From positions 29,236 to 93,235 of IMG/VR virus record IMGVR_UViG_3300036828_000363: DNA of 64,000 nucleotides; one strand, written 5' to 3'. The notes below the pieces were generated by a model. The model saw nothing but the letters and a program-made list of their open reading frames with translations. It had not been told where the DNA came from and searched no databases. The DNA is from a virus. Below, piece after piece: positions 9,471 through 16,352 of the stretch. How positions within the stretch are numbered: the first letter of the stretch is position 1; every line of letters starts with the position of its first letter. The position numbers were made by a program, and so were the translations under genes.

Positions 9471-9667
9471 TAGTTACTCCAAGAGAATCGGAAAGTGGAG
9501 AATTCTTCCTTTTTTATCAGGCACTTAGAGTTGTCTTCAAACGTCACGGCACAGTAGTCCGGGCCTGTCGCGGTCACTGTTAACTCTGCTCCACTGGGAG
9601 TGACCCATTTTTGCCCAGCTTTAACCGCCGTTTTGTTTTTTCCTTTTTTGTTCATTCCCTTTGTCAT
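9470..9667 (-). CDS. Small hypothetical protein
   Basis: Own promoter TTGACA-16-TATAAT (9674-9701), leaderless. Confidence 0.65.
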   Translation of the reverse strand: MTKGMNKKGKNKTAVKAGQKWVTPSGAELTVTATGPDYCAVTFEDNSKCLIKKEEFSTFRFSWSN

Positions 9668-9702
9668 ATCTCTATTATATATACTACGGTTGGGATGTCA
9701 AG

Positions 9703-9765
9703 CAAAAAAGAAAAGGAACGGAACCCCCCGATTCCGTCCCCGCTCGGTTTCCCGAGTCTTTAAAA
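9703..9765 (-). terminator. Rho-independent terminator, repeat copy 2
   Basis: Shares GGTTTCCCGAGTCTTTAAA and the hairpin/poly-T layout with 8446-8505. Confidence 0.7.
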
Positions 9766-9780
9766 TTTGAGGTAACCCCT

Positions 9781-10020
9781 TTATTTTGAGGCTTTTACCA
9801 TTGCTTTCAGTTCCAACTTCACTCGTTTCGCGACTTCACCCTTCCAAGATGAAGCGTTGGACAGGAAGTACAGAACCACTGACTGACCCGAGTCGGCGAA
9901 ATAATTTTCGCTCACTGAGTTCAAAGAATCCATGGCGTCCAAGTAAGGAGCGGCTGCGTAGTTGACTTTCTTCCAATCTTTTCTTATTTCGGCGACGACT
10001 TCAGGTAAAGTTCTCGGCAT
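9781..10020 (-). CDS. Conserved small phage protein
   Basis: AAPYLDAM...VLYFLSNASSWKGE; promoter TTGACA-17-TATTAT (10044-10072) and RBS AGGGGGA. Confidence 0.75.
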   Translation of the reverse strand: MPRTLPEVVAEIRKDWKKVNYAAAPYLDAMDSLNSVSENYFADSGQSVVLYFLSNASSWKGEVAKRVKLELKAMVKASK

Positions 10021-10151
10021 CTTTGTTTCCCCCTATGTTTTAAATAATAGACTAAGCAGAAAATTTTGTCAACAGTTTTTTATATATAATCGTGATTTTT
10101 GATAAAATGCTGTCCCGGTAACCTGTTGATAACAAAGGTGATAAATAGGTA

Positions 10152-10180
10152 TTGACATTACCCAAAATTTTATATATGAT
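10152..10180 (+). promoter_or_regulatory. Sigma70-like promoter (divergent), leaderless
   Basis: TTGACA-17-TATGAT, ATG at 10187. Confidence 0.8.
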
Positions 10181-10186
10181 AGTAGT

Positions 10187-10486
10187 ATGAATAAAGGTCT
10201 CACAAGAAAACAATTCATGACTGAGGTCTCCCGGTATCCCGGAGTGAGTTTAGACCTTGAGTCTGAAAATGACGGCGATACCCTTATACTGGATTCAGCC
10301 GCTGGTAAGATATTCGCCGCGAATGATTGTCATTGTTTGGTTGAGCAGTACCGTAACTGGGGTGGCCAGTCGTGGAAACCGGAAGCTTACAAATTGATGA
10401 CTGAGCGACTGTCATATGGGTTGCGCGAATGCAATGACCCGGAGTGTGATACATGCCATCCGGTGGATGAGGTGGAAAATGGTTGA
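10187..10486 (+). CDS. Hypothetical protein
   Basis: C-terminal CNDPECDTC. Confidence 0.7.
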   Translation: MNKGLTRKQFMTEVSRYPGVSLDLESENDGDTLILDSAAGKIFAANDCHCLVEQYRNWGGQSWKPEAYKLMTERLSYGLRECNDPECDTCHPVDEVENG

Positions 10487-10871
10487 AAGAGTCAAGCTAG
10501 TCCCTGCGCGGGTGAAGTTGGTGACCGTACCCGTCCCGGAACGGGTGAAGTTGGTGAAGTTGGTGACCACGGTTCCGGTTCCAGTCCCAGCTCCGGTGAA
10601 GAAACCGCGAAGTAAAAAAGCGAAAGAACATGTCGTGGAGCACCCACCAATCCCGGTCAATTCCCTTGTCCACTACTACACCGCATCCGACAAAAAGGGT
10701 AACCAGTATGGTGAGCACTTTGGACGCGTACTGAGCTTTGATGGTTACCAGTACCATGTCACTCGCCCCAAGTACAAGAAAAATTCTGTCATCAAACTGT
10801 ACCCGAGCGAAATTGAGATGATCATTCAACCTGTGAAGAGAGTAGAGTTAAAAATTTCTGTTGACAAGTAA
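10479..10871 (+). CDS. Hypothetical protein with N-terminal (P)xRVKLV repeats
   Basis: RBS GAGGTGG; MVERVKLVPARVKLVTVPVPERVKLVKLV. Confidence 0.65.
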   Translation: MVERVKLVPARVKLVTVPVPERVKLVKLVTTVPVPVPAPVKKPRSKKAKEHVVEHPPIPVNSLVHYYTASDKKGNQYGEHFGRVLSFDGYQYHVTRPKYKKNSVIKLYPSEIEMIIQPVKRVELKISVDK

Positions 10872-11128
10872 TGTTTCTTTGGTTTATAAGAAATACCATG
10901 TCGAAATCTATTAGTCGGTATGGGAAGGTGCTGTTCAAAAATTCAATCGAGGTAACTCCCGCCAAGAGTGTATCATCTGTGCAATACATGTTGGCTGCGA
11001 ACACTCAGGCACAGAAAATGTACAAGAAGGATTATGATCGCCTGAATGATAAGCAGAAACAAGCGGTTCACTATGCTCTTCGCACCAAAGAAGAGTTAGA
11101 GACGCGCAAAAACCAAGAGAGGTTTTAA
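10871..11128 (+). CDS. Hypothetical protein
   Basis: Translationally coupled ORF. Confidence 0.5.
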   Translation: MFLWFIRNTMSKSISRYGKVLFKNSIEVTPAKSVSSVQYMLAANTQAQKMYKKDYDRLNDKQKQAVHYALRTKEELETRKNQERF

Positions 11129-11454
11129 TGTTTCCTGTCCATGACTTCACTGATGTTGATGTCGCTTTCCCCGCTCGTGTTGTCCAGTTCATGCCTGCCT
11201 ACAAAGATATCCCGGATGAATTCAGGACAGGTAATCATAAGTATGCCCAGTTCTTCCACGATTCGTTTTACTTCGGGCTGAGCAAACTTGAAATGAAACC
11301 GAGACCCGGTGTTGACCCGGAGAAGGCATTCAAACACATTCGGTGTGTCATGGGCAGTTTTGAACCTGCTCATGAACACAAAGAAGCATCCGTCGCGTTT
11401 CTCGTGAACGAATGGTTTGAAGACGTGGTATGGGAGAGACGCCCGCGTGCTTAA
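11128..11454 (+). CDS. Conserved phage hypothetical protein
   Basis: MPAYKDIPDEF...SFEPAHEHKEASVAFL. Confidence 0.7.
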   Translation: MFPVHDFTDVDVAFPARVVQFMPAYKDIPDEFRTGNHKYAQFFHDSFYFGLSKLEMKPRPGVDPEKAFKHIRCVMGSFEPAHEHKEASVAFLVNEWFEDVVWERRPRA

Positions 11455-11615
11455 ATTTAAAGTGGGGCAAGTTGTGTACGTCATCGAAGATCGTGTATAT
11501 GATCGTGTTCGAGCAGTGGACGCTACTAGCGAATATCCCTACAGCATGGACGGGGAGATTGGTGTGGAACACGAAGAATCTGATTTACGCGCTCTGACGG
11601 ATCAGGAGAAGGGTA

Positions 11616-12017
11616 ATGTTTGACGCGAGACAAAGCAATACTTTTACGGGAGATGACCGGGTAACGTTTGATTGGCTGTATGAAGTTACCCGCGATGGTA
11701 GCACCTCAACCTTGATTCATGGTATGGCTTTACGTGAAGCTGAAGAGTCTCCTGCGGATTCTTACATGAAGATTATGGCACGTGTACGCGACTTCATGAA
11801 AGCACACTTACGTATTGTTCACGCGCCTAGTCCGAAAGACAAAGTAGAAGGATTCCTTGAAGTCGGGGTAGAGGGTAACGAAATAGTAATCAATCACCCG
11901 GATTTGAAACCTGACGAAAATGGAGTCGGCCACATTGTTTTTTCACCGAATCAGGCGCGTGGTCTCGCAACTCTCTTGTTGAAGCACGCAGATGCCGCGG
12001 AGAAGAATCGAAGCTAG
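11616..12017 (+). CDS. Hypothetical protein
   Basis: 133-aa ORF with RBS. Confidence 0.6.
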   Translation: MFDARQSNTFTGDDRVTFDWLYEVTRDGSTSTLIHGMALREAEESPADSYMKIMARVRDFMKAHLRIVHAPSPKDKVEGFLEVGVEGNEIVINHPDLKPDENGVGHIVFSPNQARGLATLLLKHADAAEKNRS

Positions 12018-12051
12018 TCAAGTTTGTTTGTTAATCAAAGAGAGGATAAAA

Positions 12052-12351
12052 ATGTCAGTTCACCCTGCTTTTAAAGTCATGGCAAGACGGATTGGTCGCG
12101 GTTCACAACAAGTATCTTTGAGACCGTTGGTCGTGTCTCTTCAGGCGTTATTGAAAAAGTTGGATGTAACGCCCATGACTGTTTATAATTGGCGGTGTGG
12201 AGATGTAAGTTTTCCACCCCTGCCAATAGTTAAAATTTCCCAGTATCATGTTCGCTACAACCTTTTGGAAGTCAAAAATTGGCTTTTAAAGTATCGACCT
12301 AAACGTGAACGTGTCAAATCCTTTGGATCACCTTTTTTCATTGACCGCTAA
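12052..12351 (+). CDS. Excisionase/AlpA-like winged-HTH DNA-binding protein
   Basis: LDVTPMTVYNWR...FPPLP...VRYNLLEVKNWL; RBS GAGGA. Confidence 0.65.
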   Translation: MSVHPAFKVMARRIGRGSQQVSLRPLVVSLQALLKKLDVTPMTVYNWRCGDVSFPPLPIVKISQYHVRYNLLEVKNWLLKYRPKRERVKSFGSPFFIDR

Positions 12352-12403
12352 GTACAAGCAACGGTTTGTTTGTTAGTAAACAATCAGCAGAAGGAGTACC
12401 TTT

Positions 12404-13072
12404 ATGGTTAAAGTTCAAGTCGCTTTTAATTTCAACGGTTCCGGTTACATCGGATTGCCTTACTGGCCCGAGCGGAACACAATCATCGACATCGGAAAAG
12501 ACGTTCATCCTAAACTGGGCGCGACGAAGAAAGAGCAAGCTCTGCTCGCGGCTCTCGAAAAGCGCGGTCTCAACAAAGAGCAGTACGAAGAGATGCAGAA
12601 GAAAGCTGAGCGTCCTTTCTACACCGTGGACGGTTCCCGTGAAGGCACCATCGCCATTCCGGAACGAATCATTCAGAGCTTCATTAACAATGCATCTATG
12701 CAGGCACCCAAAGCAATTCCGCGTGTGTCTGACAAGGGTTTGACTTTCATCGGAGTCAAGATTGCAGACAAAATGATGGTCACTGAGAAGACTATCACCG
12801 ACGCGAAACTCTTCGAGCGGTTTGTCAAAATGGAAACGTCCAACCAGCGCAACTGGTGCTCCAGTTTCTACATCGATGACTTCATTGCCCGGGGCATATT
12901 CTCCGTCGATGAGGAAATCATCATGCCCGACGATTTGAAAAAGTTGATCGAGTGGGGCGGGAAACAAATTGGTATTGGTTCCGCTCGTCCTCAGGGATAT
13001 GGACGGTTTCAAGTTGCTGGCTGGGATTATCTGACTCCCGTGCCTGTGACCAAACCGATTGAAGAAGAATAA
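12404..13072 (+). CDS. Stand-alone RAMP-superfamily (Cas7/Csm3-like) protein
   Basis: N-terminal strand VKVQVAFNF...YIG; IAIPERIIQSFINNAS (equivalent of IPGSSLKG.LR); C-terminal Gly-rich loop GGKQIGIGSARPQGYGRF; RBS AAGGAG. Confidence 0.8.
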   Translation: MVKVQVAFNFNGSGYIGLPYWPERNTIIDIGKDVHPKLGATKKEQALLAALEKRGLNKEQYEEMQKKAERPFYTVDGSREGTIAIPERIIQSFINNASMQAPKAIPRVSDKGLTFIGVKIADKMMVTEKTITDAKLFERFVKMETSNQRNWCSSFYIDDFIARGIFSVDEEIIMPDDLKKLIEWGGKQIGIGSARPQGYGRFQVAGWDYLTPVPVTKPIEEE

Positions 13073-13073
13073 A

Positions 13074-13115
13074 GCCCGAGTCGGAGTCCCTGTCCCGGTT
13101 GAAGTTACAGTCAAA
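13074..13115 (+). repeat. Single hexamer-periodic unit (7 x GYYNNN) immediately after the RAMP stop codon
   Basis: gcccga gtcgga gtccct gtcccg gttgaa gttaca gtcaaa. Confidence 0.8.
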
Positions 13116-13247
13116 GAGTAAACTATGAATTATAGGCTAGCTACTTTTGCGATTATGTCTTCGAGCTTAACTTCTTCCCAGAAGGCGAAAGCACTGATGA
13201 GGTTGATGAAGCAGGCAAACCGCAAAAAGAAAAATAAATTTATACAC

Positions 13248-13277
13248 TTGACATCCGTTTCAGAAATTGATTAGGAT
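13248..13277 (+). promoter_or_regulatory. Sigma70-like promoter candidate
   Basis: TTGACA-18-TAGGAT, overlapped by inverted repeat TGACATCC/GGATGTCA. Confidence 0.5.
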
Positions 13278-13451
13278 GTCAGACTAGAACGTATTTCCGC
13301 GTTTTCTTTGACATCCAAGTAAACTGCCTCATGGGTAGTTCACGTTCCTTTTGTCGGTGTCGTAACGAAGGGAACTGTAGAGAGAAAACCTGATACGTTG
13401 GGGAGCGGGGGAAATTCGACCGCCTCTGCTCCCACCAATTTTCCTACCAAA

Positions 13452-13493
13452 GCCACAGCCACAGACTCAGTTTAAGTCGCAGACTACGCCGAT
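13452..13493 (+). repeat. Second isolated hexamer-periodic unit
   Basis: gccaca gccaca gactca gtttaa gtcgca gactac gccgat then gaa. Confidence 0.7.
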
Positions 13494-13755
13494 GAAATGG
13501 TATGAGTTCGATATCGAGAACGAGACACCAGCAGAAGCGCGTGATAGACGACTGATGCAGTGTCCGCCACTTAACCACGGTGAGCTAGAAGTCCTTCGCC
13601 AATGTAAAACTACGGTATGGGATGGCTACGTTATTAGTAAACAAGCGCGAGATAATCTATATAAGCGTGGGTTGATCCTTCGCTGGAACGGTTGGCAGAT
13701 AATCACGCTTGAAGGACTCGCTGTCCTTCATACACTTGGTGAGCTACGTGTCTGA
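13492..13755 (+). CDS. Hypothetical protein
   Basis: 87-aa ORF, winged-helix-like pattern (RDNLYKRGLI...WQIITLEG). Confidence 0.6.
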   Translation: MKWYEFDIENETPAEARDRRLMQCPPLNHGELEVLRQCKTTVWDGYVISKQARDNLYKRGLILRWNGWQIITLEGLAVLHTLGELRV

Positions 13756-14059
13756 TTATGTGAGCTACATGTCTGACTTTTGTAGAATCGAACGAGTCAA
13801 AGCGCGTAAGCGTTATCGGTGTATTGGTTGCTATGGCCCGATTCTCAAAGGTGAAATCCACCCGTATTATGTCGGTGTCTGGGAAGGTGACTGGGGAACG
13901 TGGAGAATGCACGAAGAGTGTTTTCAAGTCCAAGCAGATGACGATGACAGTCTTATTGCTGAAGGTGAGTTTCCTATACCACCACGGGTTAGAGTGATAA
14001 TGGATAAAGAACGAGCAGGTGTACCTATTTCCCCTCATGAATTGGTGAGTCAACTATGA
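13709..14059 (+). CDS. Small Zn-ribbon phage protein
   Basis: KARKRYRCIGC...MHEEC; true start probably near 13748-13769. Confidence 0.65.
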   Translation: MKDSLSFIHLVSYVSDYVSYMSDFCRIERVKARKRYRCIGCYGPILKGEIHPYYVGVWEGDWGTWRMHEECFQVQADDDDSLIAEGEFPIPPRVRVIMDKERAGVPISPHELVSQL

Positions 14060-14388
14060 AAACAGAAACTAGAATTAGGAAAAGAGAAACTAAAATTAGC
14101 GACCTTCGTAGCTCTATGGAGTGGTCTAACCTTAGGTATGGCCGTAATAGTCCCGATAGTAGGAGACTTCGTAGTGAACTACGCTCACTAGGTGTTAGTA
14201 GTGGGCTGTACGTGAGTCGCGAAAGTAAGATCAAAAATCTTCTTGATGCTCTTGATTGGTCTAATCATATCTACGGTTGCAGGAGCAACATCAGTAGAAG
14301 GTTCCGTATAGAGCTTCGTTCACTAGGTCACTGGGGTGGCCTATACAAGTTGAACCGTTTCAAAAAGCGGAGACAAAAACAAAGATGA
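14056..14388 (+). CDS. Basic protein with internal two-fold repeat
   Basis: MEWSNLRYG...RRLRSELRSLG / LDWSNHIYG...RRFRIELRSLG. Confidence 0.55.
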   Translation: MKTETRIRKRETKISDLRSSMEWSNLRYGRNSPDSRRLRSELRSLGVSSGLYVSRESKIKNLLDALDWSNHIYGCRSNISRRFRIELRSLGHWGGLYKLNRFKKRRQKQR

Positions 14389-14583
14389 AACTTTCACTCG
14401 CCGCGCAACAACTAGAGCAAATAAAGGCTGAGCGTAATCTTTTCGGGCCTATCCGGTCATATTTGAACTGGTGTTTGCATATGTCAAAGGCGGTTGATCT
14501 ATACGACCTGATTTGACATTTTCGCGAAGTTGTATCAACGTAGTAGTACCCACGGAAGAATCCGTGAACAAAGGAGTACCACA

Positions 14584-15675
14584 ATGGCAGCTAAAACTCT
14601 TAGTAAAGAGGCAGTTCTTCTGGCAGTAGCAGAAGAGAAGTTGGGTTTCTCATTCGGAAAACCAGATCGTCCATCCGAGAAATCTTTAGCTTGTATCCTT
14701 CCTATCCTTCGGGAAACCACATTTGTCCGTCAGTATGTCACCATGCCAGAGACAGAAAACGTTCTGGTGACCGACAGTGGAATGATCAACAAAATCAATA
14801 TCAAAAACACTGGGAAAGAAAACGTCTTCCTTCGCTCAGGTACTATCTTCGAAGGTAAAGGAACCCAGTCCAGAATTATTACCCGGAGCGCGGTATTGTT
14901 CCCCGGTTCGGAAGTCGCGCTCGATGCCCGGTGTGTTCACGCGAGTCATGGGATTCGTACTGGAAGCAATTTCAAGTACAGTGGCACCGTTCCAATGGAT
15001 GTTGAGAACGCGAGCTACACAGCAGGTTTCACTCCAGCAGATCAACACACGGTGTGGTCAAACGTCACCAGAACTACCACGGCCATGAATGCCATGCTGG
15101 GTGGTAAAAGAGTAAGCGCGGATATTTCAGGACGTATTCCCGGTGTTCGTCACACATTCACCTCAAGTCACGGTATGTTCGGTGCTTCAATATCTACTCC
15201 GCAAGAGGAACAAGGGGAACAAGAAAGAAGCTGGCCCGGATTCGCGCAAGACAACCTAAAAAAGAATTTTGATGAGTTCGCAGAGAACTTTGATGACATT
15301 CTTTCCAAGGCGCGCTTGCATGACAATCAGTGTGGGTTGTCTCTGATCACCGATACCGGATGCAAGACCATCGAATTGTTTGATGTCCCGTTGTCATGGG
15401 AGTCACTCCACAAAGACGCGGTCAAACGTATGGGCACAGAACTACTGAGAGGCGAAGACAAAACCAGTGTGTTCGAGTACAAACCCGAGCACGCAGTCAA
15501 CGCCGTCAAAAAAGTTCTGACGATGGACTTCAAAGCAAATATGATCTACGAGCACAAACCAGCAAACGGTGAACCACATGTCGCAATCTTCGGACTAACC
15601 TCGAAGCAGTACGTTGGTGAGGTGGTGGAGATGAGCGGGCAGATGATTCACTTGACCATTTTAGAAATGGCATAG
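14584..15675 (+). CDS. ARPP-1 (DUF6569)-like domain protein
   Basis: NTGKENVFLRSGTIFEGKGTQSRII...DARCVH, DQHTVW; RBS AAGGAG before ATG 14584. Confidence 0.75.
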   Translation: MAAKTLSKEAVLLAVAEEKLGFSFGKPDRPSEKSLACILPILRETTFVRQYVTMPETENVLVTDSGMINKINIKNTGKENVFLRSGTIFEGKGTQSRIITRSAVLFPGSEVALDARCVHASHGIRTGSNFKYSGTVPMDVENASYTAGFTPADQHTVWSNVTRTTTAMNAMLGGKRVSADISGRIPGVRHTFTSSHGMFGASISTPQEEQGEQERSWPGFAQDNLKKNFDEFAENFDDILSKARLHDNQCGLSLITDTGCKTIELFDVPLSWESLHKDAVKRMGTELLRGEDKTSVFEYKPEHAVNAVKKVLTMDFKANMIYEHKPANGEPHVAIFGLTSKQYVGEVVEMSGQMIHLTILEMA

Positions 15676-16169
15676 TCCAAGTCATTGACATGGTCAAAGT
15701 TGAAGCCGAAGTCCAAGAAGCCGGAGTCCCAGTTTTAGTTTAAGTCATTGCCAAAGTCGAAGTTTAAGAAGCCGAAGTTGAAGACGCAGTTTTAGTCCAA
15801 GTCTGGGCGCAGTCATAGAAGCCGAAGTCGCGGTCTATGTCGAAGTTATAGCCTTAGTCAAAGAAGCCGCAGTCAAAGTTTGAGTCCTTAGCAATGACAA
15901 GGTTTAAGTCGAAGTCTGAGAAGCCTGAGTCCGAGTCAAAGCTTGAGCTATGGTTGATGTTTAAGTCTGAGCTTAAGTCGAAGCAGCCGTAGTCTAAGTC
16001 CTAGCTAGGTCTAGGTTCTAGTCGAAGTCAAGGTCGTAGAAGCCGAAGTCGGAGTCACAGTTGCAGTTGAAGTCATAGCATGGACATAGACGAAGTCTAG
16101 GTTTGAGTCTAAGAAGCTAGTGTCAAAGTTCTAGTTGTAGTCGAAGTCGTAGTCTAAGTTGAAGTCGCA
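15675..16169 (+). ncRNA. Hexamer-periodic non-coding array, segment 1 (about 9 units), candidate guide-RNA array
   Basis: Runs of G(T/C/A)(C/T)NN(A>G,T) hexamers split by GAA; no ORF of 60 aa or more in six frames. Confidence 0.8.
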
Positions 16170-16187
16170 AAATCAGGAGTTTTTTTA

Positions 16188-16352
16188 ATGATCATGGATT
16201 TTACTGCAACTAAAAGATTTTTGGAATTGCTTCGTAAGCAAAATATGGATGGCAAGGTGTCCAAGTTGCAATTCGAACTTGAAGCATTACTTCTGCTTGC
16301 TGATGCTCAGAACAGTAAAAATTCCCAGCCCAAGTCGTGGTTAAAGTCATAG
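16188..16352 (+). CDS. 54-aa ORF embedded within the array
   Basis: RBS AGGAG at 16175; MIMDFTATKRFLELLRKQNMDGKVSKLQFELEALLLLADAQ...; non-repetitive island in the array. Confidence 0.6.
   Translation: MIMDFTATKRFLELLRKQNMDGKVSKLQFELEALLLLADAQNSKNSQPKSWLKS

Noticed and set aside
12338-13114. 258-aa minus-strand ORF overlapping the RAMP gene
   Set aside because: Antisense shadow with no recognisable motifs; the plus-strand ORF has the RBS and family signature.
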